From the NCBI GenBank assembly GCA_030649735.1, contig JAUSFL010000019.1, positions 1-40,951 of the forward strand: a stretch of 40,951 bases of DNA, read 5' to 3'. The stretch comes from Candidatus Iainarchaeum sp. (GTDB taxonomy: Archaea; Iainarchaeota; Iainarchaeia; Iainarchaeales; UBA10191). The position numbers were made by a program, and so were the translations under genes. Shown here piece after piece: positions 18,606-27,295 of this stretch (positions within the stretch are counted from its first letter, which is position 1; every line of letters begins with the position of its first letter). Below the pieces are notes generated by a model. That model had not been told where the DNA came from. It did not search any database and worked only from the letters and a program-made list of their open reading frames with translations.

Positions 18606-20078
18606 TTAGCTTTTTTTAAGCAAAAAAAGAGAACTGAGTTTGGCCTTGGCTTCTTCAATCTGCCCATCGCTTAATTTTAAGCCGTCCTTAGTTTGCTCCG
18701 GATTGCTTTCAATCGAGTAAATTCTCTCTTTCAATTTTGCCTGTTTTTTCATTCCCGCGGGCAATTCAGGAATTATTCCAATTGCTTTTTTCACGTCTTC
18801 AGGAAATTTTGCAGGATCTGCTGTTTCGTAAACCACTGCCAAAGCGTCATGCTTTCCTTCAAGGAAAATATCCAAAGTTTTCCAGCCAACTGCTCCATGA
18901 GGGTCTAAAATGACCTTGTATTTTTCAAAAACTTCTTTCATTACATCATAATGCTGGCTATTATTGACGCTGATTGAAAAAATGTCTTTTTTCATTCTTT
19001 CCAAATCAGGCATCTTATCAATTACTCCTTCCTTCAATACTTTTCTTGTTTTCTGGTCGCGCTCGTCAAACAAGTGGCCGCCATAAAAGTCAAACAATCT
19101 TGCAAGATTGCTTGGGTGCGAAACAATCATTGCTGAAGAAGGCGATTTCACAGAAGCCCGAACCACATAATTTCCTGTTTTCATGAATTCGGAAAATTCA
19201 GTATTTTCATTCACTCCGCAAAGTATTTTTGAAACAGGCAATCCCATTTCTTTTGCGATTACAGTGCCCATCATGTCGCCAAAATTTCCCGAAGGAATGC
19301 TTGCAATCATTGGCTCATTATTTTCTGCAATTCTCGAATATGCAAAGAACGGATAAACTGCCTGCGGCAATAATCTTCCGACACTTATTGAATTTGCAGA
19401 AGTCAATCTTTCAGAATCTCCAAAAACAGTTTTTGCAAATTCCTTGTCTCCCAAAAGCCTTTTTGCCAGCGCCTGGCAAACGTCAAAGTCTCCATTGACT
19501 TCAAAGGCAAACACGTTCTCTCCAAGGGTTGTCATTTGCCTCCTTTGGCCCTCGCTTACTGAGCCTTTTGGAAAAAATACTATATTGTCAACGTTTTCAA
19601 GCCCGAACAATGCGTCAGCTACTGCGCCGCCAGTATCGCCGCTCGTGGCAACAATCACTGTCCTTTTCAGTCCTTTTTTGCCTAAAAAATAATTCAAGGC
19701 CCTTGCAAAAAACCTTGCGGCATAATCCTTGAAAGAGTAAGTCGGGCCGCAAGTCAGCCACATTATGGAAGTCTTTCCAGCAACGTGCTGGACTTTTGTG
19801 GGAATTTTGCTTTCCAAATAAGCATCATCCAGCAGCTCTTTAAGCTCTTTTTCAGGAATTTCAGGAATCAAAAGCTGGCTTAAGACTTCAAAGGCAATTT
19901 CAGAGTATTTTTTTCCCCGCATGTTTTTAATTTGCTCTTCTGAAAGTTTTGGAATGTCCCGTCTCGCAAGCATGTAAAGGCCATAATTTGATGCCATTCC
20001 ATTAAGCAATGCTGTTTCAAAATTCGCTTTTTCAGACTTATCATTTGTGCTGTAAAAAAAAACAGGCATTGGCATCAC
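18606..20078 (-). CDS. thrC: threonine synthase (long bacterial/fungal type)
   Basis: GPTYSFKD (PLP Lys), ATSGDTGGA, SANSIS.GRLLPQ, PSGNFG, DPHGAV, TADPAKF. Confidence 0.95.
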   Translation of the reverse strand: MMPMPVFFYSTNDKSEKANFETALLNGMASNYGLYMLARRDIPKLSEEQIKNMRGKKYSEIAFEVLSQLLIPEIPEKELKELLDDAYLESKIPTKVQHVAGKTSIMWLTCGPTYSFKDYAARFFARALNYFLGKKGLKRTVIVATSGDTGGAVADALFGLENVDNIVFFPKGSVSEGQRRQMTTLGENVFAFEVNGDFDVCQALAKRLLGDKEFAKTVFGDSERLTSANSISVGRLLPQAVYPFFAYSRIAENNEPMIASIPSGNFGDMMGTVIAKEMGLPVSKILCGVNENTEFSEFMKTGNYVVRASVKSPSSAMIVSHPSNLARLFDFYGGHLFDERDQKTRKVLKEGVIDKMPDLERMKKDIFSISVNNSQHYDVMKEVFEKYKVILDPHGAVGWKTLDIFLEGKHDALAVVYETADPAKFPEDVKKAIGIIPELPAGMKKQAKLKERIYSIESNPEQTKDGLKLSDGQIEEAKAKLSSLFLLKKS

Positions 20079-21409
20079 TCTATTTTCTTGACTTTCGGGC
20101 CTTCTGCAGAGTCTGCAATGAAATATCCTTTTTGCTTCAAAAGATCGCGCAATTCATCAGCTTTTTTCCAGTCTTTTGCTTTTCTTGCGTTTTCGCGCTC
20201 GTCGGCAAGCAATTGGATTTCTGCAGGAATTTCAACTTTCTTCCGGTCTAAAAGCCTGAGGCAAAACACTGAATCGATTTTTTGGATTGCCTGGAATTTT
20301 CCTTCAGCACTTTTGTCTTTGACCAATGACTGGAGCGCGCGAAGCGCTTTTGGAGTGTTCAAGTCAGAATCCATTGCTTCTTCAAAAAGCTTCAAGTATT
20401 TGCCGTTGGTTTTTCCGTCATCCTGCAATCCTTCAAGATTGTTTTTCAATTTCTCAAGCGCGATTTTTGCCTTGTCCAAAAGCTGTTTTGAAAAGTCAAC
20501 CGGTTTTCTGTAATGCGTTGAAATAATGAAATACCGCAAGGTTTCTCCTGAGTATTCTTTCAGCAAGTCCTTGATTGTCTTGAAATTTCCCAGGCTTTTG
20601 CTCATTTTTATTTTTTCAACATTAACCATTCCATTATGAACCCAATAATTGACGAATTTTTTTCTAAACGCTGCCTCGCTTTGCGCGATTTCGTCCTCAT
20701 GATGCGGAAAGATCAAATCCTGCCCTCCGCCGTGAATGTCTAAAGGCAACCCGAGAATTTTAGCGCTCATTGCGCTGCATTCAATATGCCAGCCAGGCCT
20801 TCCAGAACCCCAAGGCGCTGGCCAAAAAGGCTCGCCTGGCTTGCTGAACTTCCATAAAACAAAGTCTTCAGGGTTTTTCTTGCCTGCATTGGACTCGACC
20901 CTACTGACTCCTTTCTTCAAGTCTTCAACATTCTGGTGGGACAATTTCCCGTAATTCTTGAATTTGGAAATTTCATAATACACGCCGTCATTTGGAATCA
21001 CGTAAGTGAATCCTTTCTTTTCCAAAAGCCCCACGAGCTCTATCATTTCTTTGATGTACTCTGTGGCCTTTGGCTGAACGTCAGGCTTTTGGACATTAAG
21101 CCTTCCATAATCTTCCAAATGCTCTTTCAAATTCCTTTCAGTCAAGGACTTGATGTCTTCGTTCAATTCTTTTGCCTTGTTTATTATCTTGTCTTCAATG
21201 TCTGTAATGTTTGAAACAAACTTTACATCGTATCCTGAGAATTTCAGGAATTTCCTCAAAATGTCAAAAACAACCTGCTGCCTTGCATGGCCTAAATGCG
21301 GCACGTCATTGACTGTCGGGCCGCAGACATACATTCTAACAATTCCTGCCTGCTCTGGCTTGAAGGATTCTTTCTTCCTTGAAAGCGTGTTGTACAATTT
21401 TAGTGACAT
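20075..21409 (-). CDS. cysS: cysteine--tRNA ligase
   Basis: [50 protein letters not shown]. Confidence 0.98.
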   Translation of the reverse strand: MSLKLYNTLSRKKESFKPEQAGIVRMYVCGPTVNDVPHLGHARQQVVFDILRKFLKFSGYDVKFVSNITDIEDKIINKAKELNEDIKSLTERNLKEHLEDYGRLNVQKPDVQPKATEYIKEMIELVGLLEKKGFTYVIPNDGVYYEISKFKNYGKLSHQNVEDLKKGVSRVESNAGKKNPEDFVLWKFSKPGEPFWPAPWGSGRPGWHIECSAMSAKILGLPLDIHGGGQDLIFPHHEDEIAQSEAAFRKKFVNYWVHNGMVNVEKIKMSKSLGNFKTIKDLLKEYSGETLRYFIISTHYRKPVDFSKQLLDKAKIALEKLKNNLEGLQDDGKTNGKYLKLFEEAMDSDLNTPKALRALQSLVKDKSAEGKFQAIQKIDSVFCLRLLDRKKVEIPAEIQLLADERENARKAKDWKKADELRDLLKQKGYFIADSAEGPKVKKIE

Positions 21410-21412
21410 TGA

Positions 21413-21886
21413 TTAAAACCCGATTTTCTTGATTATTTGGTCGGAAGTTTCTATAATTGTTTTGCATCTTTGAAACCCTGCAGTCTTCTGGACTTTTGCA
21501 AACCCCCAAAGTTTCCTTACGGCCCTATTGTATTCTTGCTCGCCTAAAACTCTTTTTGCATTTTCCCTTGCTTGGAATTTTCCCAAAAGCGCTTTCATTG
21601 AAGGAGATTGCATTCCTTTTTCAGAATATGCTGTCCATTCTTCGCGCGAAACAATCGGAGTCCTTGCAGCGCCCAACTGTTTTAATGCATCGAAAACACA
21701 GCTTAATGCAAGAGTTCTTGCGGTTTCAGGCTTTCTTGGAATGATCCGCTTGAGTTCTGCTTTTTTGCCGCCTGTTGCTTTTTCCCAAGAGATTCCAAAA
21801 AAGTGCGGCATTCTTTCAGGTTTTTTTCGGACCGCTGGTTCTCGAATTATGTGCTTGCTGCTTCTGATTCTCCTGGGCACTGGCAT
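21413..21886 (-). CDS. hypothetical basic protein
   Basis: Starts MPVPRRIR; TTTAAATA 21 nt upstream (leaderless); abuts cysS. Confidence 0.65.
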   Translation of the reverse strand: MPVPRRIRSSKHIIREPAVRKKPERMPHFFGISWEKATGGKKAELKRIIPRKPETARTLALSCVFDALKQLGAARTPIVSREEWTAYSEKGMQSPSMKALLGKFQARENAKRVLGEQEYNRAVRKLWGFAKVQKTAGFQRCKTIIETSDQIIKKIGF

Positions 21887-21944
21887 TATAGAATTAAGGC
21901 AGGGAATTATTTAAAGCAAATTGGCTTTGGGCTTATTTTGGCTT

Positions 21945-22148
21945 TCAGTCGCGTTCGTAATCTTCGCCAAAGTACTCTTCGTCAATGTCATCGTACTTGT
22001 TCTCTTCAGGCTCAAGCAGCATTTTTCCTTTCTTCACTACAACAATGCTTGACACTCCGCATTCAGAGCACTCTACAGAATCGCCTTCGTCATAGCGGTT
22101 CTTGTCGATTTCAAACAATTCCTTGCATTTTGGGCATTTTACTTTCAA
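21945..22148 (-). CDS. LysW-like zinc-ribbon protein with acidic tail
   Basis: CPKC...VECSECG, acidic C-terminus EEYFGEDYERD; AGGTG RBS before TTG. Confidence 0.75.
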   Translation of the reverse strand: MKVKCPKCKELFEIDKNRYDEGDSVECSECGVSSIVVVKKGKMLLEPEENKYDDIDEEYFGEDYERD

Positions 22149-22199
22149 AAGACTGCACCTGAAATGTTTTCAAAAAATAGTGATTAAAAAGCTTACTGT

Positions 22200-22853
22200 T
22201 TAGAGCAAGGAAATGATAATTGCGCCAAAAAACTTCAAAACAAACCCAATGGTCAAAATTATTAGCATTAGCACGATTGAGATGAAAACACTGCTTTTTG
22301 TGCTTTTATAGATTGTCAGGAAAGTAAGGTATACCATCAAAAGGCCCTGCCAAAACATTAAAATTAGCCCGACTACCAGGAATAAAATTCCCAAAATCTG
22401 GTTTTGCATTAAAGCATCCCAAGCATTGTTTATAACATCTGACTGCTGGATGTTTCCTGCATTCCATTCTTTTATTATTGAAACTATTTGCGGGTTTAAT
22501 ATCAAGAAAACGACTGAAAGAATAATAAAAATCAACGACACTAACTGAACTAATGAATACGCGCTAACTACTCCTTCAAAGAGCTTTTTGTCCTTATTGC
22601 CTAATTCTTTCCCAATTAAGAAAATTAAAAAGGCAATAATGAAAAACACTATAATTTCAACCAGCATTGATTGCGGAGAAAAATCTAATTTCCCCACTAA
22701 AAAGAAAGCCGCAATAAATGAAACAATCCAAGGCAATAGCACTAAAATTACCGCAATTATTATTGAAGGATGGTCCAAGGCGTTTTGCACTGTTTGCTTT
22801 GGGTGCAGGAACACTTCCAAAGGGTGAAATCCGTTAACATCTTTTAAAGCCAT
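22200..22853 (-). CDS. Yip1-like membrane protein
   Basis: N-terminal FLHPKQT motif followed by ~5 TM helices. Confidence 0.7.
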   Translation of the reverse strand: MALKDVNGFHPLEVFLHPKQTVQNALDHPSIIIAVILVLLPWIVSFIAAFFLVGKLDFSPQSMLVEIIVFFIIAFLIFLIGKELGNKDKKLFEGVVSAYSLVQLVSLIFIILSVVFLILNPQIVSIIKEWNAGNIQQSDVINNAWDALMQNQILGILFLVVGLILMFWQGLLMVYLTFLTIYKSTKSSVFISIVLMLIILTIGFVLKFFGAIIISLL

Positions 22854-22907
22854 TTTTTTAACCTTTTTAATTTTAATAAAGCATTTTAGTATTTAAACAA
22901 TTGTGTT

Positions 22908-23984
22908 TTAGCGCGTTGTCGGGAAGCTTTTCACTTCTTCCAAAAGCTTTTTTGCCTTCGCGTTTTTTTCAAAATGCTGCCTTACTGGAATTATCATTTC
23001 ATTGATTGATTCGGCGACAGCATTCTTCAAGTCCATTGGATGAAGCTTTCCAGCCAAGTAGTCTTTTTCCAGTTCTCCGTAAGAGTTGAAAACCAAGTCT
23101 CCGCCAAACTTTGCAGGCCTTTTGACTTCAAGCTTTCCAAACTTTTCAAAAACCAAAAACTTTGAGTACTCCATTATCGGATTTTCGACAGCCTGCTTTT
23201 CAGGGCAGTATGCCTTGGAAATCTTTCTTTTAATGTCTTCTTCAGAATCAGTCATCCAAATTGCAGAGTCTGGAACGCTCTTGCTCATTTTCATTGCAAT
23301 CGCACGCTCTATTGGGTCTGCAATGTCGCTTTTAGGCTGCTTTAATCCCATCAGCATTCTATTGCTCACAACAACTGGCTTCCAAAACCCTAACTTTGGC
23401 CCTACTTCACGCGCAAGCACGTTCACTTTCCGCTGGTCCATTCCTAATTGGGTAATGTCGGCCTTCAAGTGAAAAACATCAGCGCATTGCATGCAAGGAT
23501 AGAAAATTTGCGCTGCAGAAAGCTCTTCGCTTTCAGACCTGCCCATTATTTGCGAGCAGCGCAGAATGCGCTTTACTGTGCTGTTCCTTGCAATATTGAC
23601 TACTTTCTTCCAGTATTCCTTGTCATTCATTACATCGCTTGCCCACAAGAATTCAATCTTGTCAGTTTGCATTCCGCAAGCCTTCCACACTTCAACCTGG
23701 TATTCTCCAACCTTGCGGATTTTTTCCAAGTCTCCCCCCATTTTGTTGTTCATCCAGCCAAACCAGTCAGCAACCCAAAACTTGAAATGGATTCCAGCAT
23801 CAAGCATTTTATTCACGTTGATTGCGCGAAAAGTGCCTTGCGCAATGTGCAACTGGCCTGAAGGCTCAAAGCCATCATAAGCAACAGGCTTGCTTTTAGT
23901 CTCAAGCAAAGTGCGAAGCTCTTCAATAGTGAGAATTTCCTCGCCGACCTGGCTTATCAAATCAATCCTTGACTCTAAATCCAT
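22908..23984 (-). CDS. tyrS: tyrosine--tRNA ligase (archaeal/eukaryotic type)
   Basis: AYDGFEPSG.HIAQG, YPCMQCAD, QLGMDQRKVN, KMSKS, LHPMDLK. Confidence 0.97.
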   Translation of the reverse strand: MDLESRIDLISQVGEEILTIEELRTLLETKSKPVAYDGFEPSGQLHIAQGTFRAINVNKMLDAGIHFKFWVADWFGWMNNKMGGDLEKIRKVGEYQVEVWKACGMQTDKIEFLWASDVMNDKEYWKKVVNIARNSTVKRILRCSQIMGRSESEELSAAQIFYPCMQCADVFHLKADITQLGMDQRKVNVLAREVGPKLGFWKPVVVSNRMLMGLKQPKSDIADPIERAIAMKMSKSVPDSAIWMTDSEEDIKRKISKAYCPEKQAVENPIMEYSKFLVFEKFGKLEVKRPAKFGGDLVFNSYGELEKDYLAGKLHPMDLKNAVAESINEMIIPVRQHFEKNAKAKKLLEEVKSFPTTR

Positions 23985-24018
23985 AAAAAAAACTTTTCAA
24001 ATAATATTGAATCAATAA

Positions 24019-24645
24019 CTACTTTAAATGCCTTTTCAGCCTTGCCTCGCTTGCTTTCTTAATCAAGTATTTTCTTGTTTTGTCCTGGAAATCCTTGATT
24101 GGACTTGGCTTTTCAATGCCTATTCCCCGCTTTTTTACCTGTGCTTTCCTTGCGTCACTGGCTCCGAGTGTTATGGAAAACTTTCTTTCAGGAAATCTTT
24201 TTACCCAGCGTTTTAACAGTGTTGCTTCTATTTGGGTTGCAATTCCAGTCCTTCGCAATGCTTCGCCGATATTGCCGAGTTTTTCAGGCACGTAATCCTT
24301 TCCTAAAGGGTAATAATCCCGCGTGAATAGAATCCTTGACTCTTTATCTGCAGTTAGGGTAATCTGCCCAATCGGCTTTCCTCTCAGCAAGTCAGGGTGT
24401 TTTTCAGCCAATGAATGCAAAACACTGTTAACCTGCCTGTTTGTCACAAATAATGCGCCCTTGATTCTCGGGCCTGCAATAGTGGAATATTCCGCGTGAG
24501 GGTAGTCTCTTTCCCGGCTCATTGAAAATGCTGGCGCAGAGGCAAGAATTTCTTCCTTATTGCGGTTTCTGTAAGAAAAAAACTTTAGAAGCGTTCTTTT
24601 CGCAATTATTGAAATTCCCAAAATTGGCTTTTGGCCTTCAACCAT
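24019..24645 (-). CDS. hypothetical basic protein, possible degenerate GNAT fold
   Basis: TTTAATA 22 nt upstream; LRRTGIAT resembles GNAT acetyl-CoA motif A. Confidence 0.6.
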   Translation of the reverse strand: MVEGQKPILGISIIAKRTLLKFFSYRNRNKEEILASAPAFSMSRERDYPHAEYSTIAGPRIKGALFVTNRQVNSVLHSLAEKHPDLLRGKPIGQITLTADKESRILFTRDYYPLGKDYVPEKLGNIGEALRRTGIATQIEATLLKRWVKRFPERKFSITLGASDARKAQVKKRGIGIEKPSPIKDFQDKTRKYLIKKASEARLKRHLK

Positions 24646-24703
24646 TATTTACTAATAATTTGTTGGGTATTAAAGCATTTGGAAAAACAGCTGAAAAACT
24701 AAT

Positions 24704-24741
24704 AAAAGAAAAAGAAAAAAAGGAATGGCTTTCCTTTTTTT
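24704..24741 (-). terminator. hairpin plus T-tract terminator after the acidic small ORF
   Basis: 11-bp inverted repeat AAAAAAAGGAA/TTCCTTTTTTT (24715-24741) running into T-rich tracts on the minus strand. Confidence 0.6.
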
Positions 24742-24872
24742 TAATCGCCAGTGTCTACGCCTTCATCAGGCTCTTCCCCGCCGTCTTCAGGCTCTTCATC
24801 ATCGCCCCACTCTTCGTCGCCTGTATCGTCGCCGCCACTTTCGTCGCTATCTTCAAACTTGAAAAATTTCAT
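24741..24872 (-). CDS. small hyperacidic protein (43 aa), not in the ORF track
   Basis: MKFFKFEDSDESGGDDTGDEEWGDDEEPEDGGEEPDEGVDTGD; AAGGTGA RBS, upstream TATA (24951-24958) and downstream terminator. Confidence 0.75.
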   Translation of the reverse strand: MKFFKFEDSDESGGDDTGDEEWGDDEEPEDGGEEPDEGVDTGD

Positions 24873-24883
24873 TCTATAATTCA

Positions 24884-24923
24884 CCTTTCATTTTAGCAAA
24901 ATTGCCTTTCATTTTAGCAAAAT
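24884..24923. repeat. perfect 19-bp direct repeat, 21-bp period
   Basis: CCTTTCATTTTAGCAAAAT at 24884-24902 and 24905-24923. Confidence 0.9.
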
Positions 24924-25006
24924 CACTTTAGAATAGGTTTCAAGTAAAAGTTTAAAAACAAGTTGGAAAAAAAGCCAAAAAACGCCTTTGGATTGATTAC
25001 TTTCAA

Positions 25007-25921
25007 TTAAGGAATTGCCTTTGCCCGAAAATCCAGTTCTTTTATGGCCTTTTCCGGAGTTTCTTTCCGCAATTCCCTGGAAATTCCTTTAGTGCCCAAT
25101 TGCTTGAATGTTAAAGGCAATGCAATTCCGTCCAAAGTCTTCGCGTCCTTGAAATGCAGGCTGAATGGCGCTCTCGCAAGCTTTCCTGAAGGAGTCTGCG
25201 AAGGATCGATGTTGATGAAGCCTTCCTGCTTTTCATGCCCGCCAATGACTTTCAATCCAGTGGCTTTTGCAATTTCTTGCGCCCATTTTCCAGTGAAAGA
25301 ATTCAAAGGCCTGCTTTTGGAAAACATTAATTCCTTGTCGTAAAACCCGTGAGTTATTGGCTTTTCAAGCAGTAAGTAAACGTGAAAGCTGCTTCCAGTC
25401 CACATTGGCATTAAGTCAAACTTTCCAATCTTTTTCTTGAAGTCCGAGTCTGCCTGAATTAGTCCTGCAAGCTCGCTTGCAATCAATCGCGCGTCTTCAG
25501 GCCCCTGGCTTTTCCTGTCAATGTCAAAGAAAACTCTTTCAATCTGGTGATTTATGCCTTCAGTGTTTGTCGCGTAAAGGAAAGTGCAGTTCTTGCGCGG
25601 GTAAAAGTACTTCCAGATTTTTTCCTGCTTTTTTGAAATTTTTCCGCGCGCTTCATTCAAATGCAGTTTTCTTGTTTCTCGCAAAAAGTCTTCATTAACA
25701 TTTGCCGCAAGCTCGAAAGCAAACAACGGCTCTAACTGCGAGCCGCGCTTCAATAATTCCAGGCCTTGCGGAATGTAAATTTTGCTTGCAAGCTCTTTGC
25801 CTTTGAGAAAATCCCGCAATACTTCAGAAACTGTTGCATAATACATCAGGCAGTCCAATTCGCCAAAAGGCCTTAAGGCGTCCTTTGCTTTCAAGGCAAG
25901 CTTGCGCAATTCTGAATGCAT
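25007..25921 (-). CDS. stand-alone AEP-superfamily primase-polymerase (LigD polymerase-domain-like)
   Basis: FFDIDR (DxD), WTGSSFHVY, INIDPSQTPSGKLARAPFSLH (compare LigD IDY.QN..G...APYSLR). Confidence 0.75.
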   Translation of the reverse strand: MHSELRKLALKAKDALRPFGELDCLMYYATVSEVLRDFLKGKELASKIYIPQGLELLKRGSQLEPLFAFELAANVNEDFLRETRKLHLNEARGKISKKQEKIWKYFYPRKNCTFLYATNTEGINHQIERVFFDIDRKSQGPEDARLIASELAGLIQADSDFKKKIGKFDLMPMWTGSSFHVYLLLEKPITHGFYDKELMFSKSRPLNSFTGKWAQEIAKATGLKVIGGHEKQEGFINIDPSQTPSGKLARAPFSLHFKDAKTLDGIALPLTFKQLGTKGISRELRKETPEKAIKELDFRAKAIP

Positions 25922-25976
25922 ACCTTATCAAGTGGTTTTGGAGTTAAAAAATTTAGTGATTTAAAAAGAAAAAAAG

Positions 25977-26060
25977 TGCAGGGGGGAGGACTTGAACCCC
26001 CGAAGGCACTAAGCCACCAGATCTTGAGTCTGGTCCGTTTGACCGCTTCGGTACCCCTGC
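25977..26060 (-). tRNA. tRNA-Leu (CAA)
   Basis: Acceptor stem GCAGGGG/CCCCTGC+A, anticodon arm CCAGA-CTCAAGA-TCTGG, long variable arm, T-loop TTCAAGT; CCA not encoded. Confidence 0.96.
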
Positions 26061-26123
26061 AGAAAAAGCGTTTTGTAAGAAACTCTTGTTAGTAAAGTTA
26101 TTAAAAACAGTATCAGGATTGTT

Positions 26124-26825
26124 TTGGTCATGGGCCTGCGTTTTGAACTGTCAAAGCTTGCAAATCCCGAAAGGGCGAGGCTGCTTCAAGGCTTTTTCAA
26201 GACTGGAAAAGGAGAATACGCCGAAGGCGATATTTTTCTGGGCATTAGCGTTCCAGAAACCCGCAGAATTGCAAAAAAATTCTCTCAATTAAGCCTTGCT
26301 GAACTGCAAAAAAACCTTGAATCCAAATATCATGAAGAGCGTTTGGCGGCGCTCTTGATTCTTGAAGAAAAATTCCGGAAAAGCCCGAAGGCTGAAAGAA
26401 AGCGGATTTTTGAATTCTATCTGGAGAACGCGCAGTTTGTGAACAATTGGGACTTGGTGGACTTGACTGCGCCAAAAATTTTGGGAGAATTCCTGGTTGA
26501 CAAAGACAGGAAAATTCTTTACGCGCTTGCAAAATCAAGGAATTTGTGGGAGCGGAGGATTGCAGTTCTTTCAACACTCGCGTTCATCAGGCGAAAAGAG
26601 TTTGAAGACAGCCTGAAGATTGCCCGCATCCTGCTTTCAGACAGCCAGGACTTGATTCACAAGGCAGTCGGTTGGATGCTGAGGGAAGTGGGAAAAAAAG
26701 ACAAGAAAGCACTGCTGGATTTCCTCAAGGAAAACCACAATTTAATGCCGCGCACAATGCTGCGTTACTCCATTGAAAAATTTCCCGAAAAAGAGCGCAA
26801 GGAATTGCTTGCAGGCAAAGTCTAG
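26124..26825 (+). CDS. DNA alkylation repair protein (AlkD-like HEAT-repeat glycosylase family)
   Basis: FFKTGKGEY.EGD.FLG, NNWDLVD, LWERRIA, DLIHKAVGWMLRE.GK, MPRTMLRYSIE. Confidence 0.92.
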   Translation: MVMGLRFELSKLANPERARLLQGFFKTGKGEYAEGDIFLGISVPETRRIAKKFSQLSLAELQKNLESKYHEERLAALLILEEKFRKSPKAERKRIFEFYLENAQFVNNWDLVDLTAPKILGEFLVDKDRKILYALAKSRNLWERRIAVLSTLAFIRRKEFEDSLKIARILLSDSQDLIHKAVGWMLREVGKKDKKALLDFLKENHNLMPRTMLRYSIEKFPEKERKELLAGKV

Positions 26826-26880
26826 CTAGCCCTAAAGAAATTTAGAAAATGTTATTAAATCGAATTGCTTAATTCTAGCA

Positions 26881-27294
26881 GTGGTGTCTTTGAACAAGCC
26901 AATAAAGCCAGCAAGAATTTTCTCCAGCACAAAACTCCGTGAAAGAAATACTGCTTTTCGAAATGCCTTTGGCTCTGCAGGCAACAGGGCAACTGGCGCT
27001 GAAAGACTGATAAAGGTTTTTCAGGCAAGGAAAAACCAAGAAATGCAGCACAGCAAGCCAAAAATCTCACGGGCGATTTTCGAGCAGGCGTTAAGAGATG
27101 GAAGATCAGAAAACAGCGGCTTTTTTTTCAGGAAAACTGAAAAGCAGACTGTGAAAGGGCTTGAAGTTTTTATTGAAAGAAAGCGCAGAATTCAAATCCC
27201 AAACTCTGAGTTAGAAGCTGATGAAATCATACTATTCAATCATAATGGGAAATTTTGCGGATTCAGGCTTGAAAACATTGGTTCAGTGAAATGA
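26881..27294 (+). CDS. hypothetical basic protein
   Basis: 137-aa ORF with TTATTAAAT ~20 nt upstream; abuts the permease gene. Confidence 0.6.
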   Translation: MVSLNKPIKPARIFSSTKLRERNTAFRNAFGSAGNRATGAERLIKVFQARKNQEMQHSKPKISRAIFEQALRDGRSENSGFFFRKTEKQTVKGLEVFIERKRRIQIPNSELEADEIILFNHNGKFCGFRLENIGSVK

Positions 27295-27295
27295 A

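Noticed and set aside
21945-22148. Assigning the symbol lysW
   Set aside because: It lacks the terminal EDWGE/Glu and there is no lysXYZJK context.
24522-24896. 124-aa plus-strand hydrophobic ORF
   Set aside because: It is the antisense shadow of the acidic peptide gene, which has the RBS, promoter and terminator.
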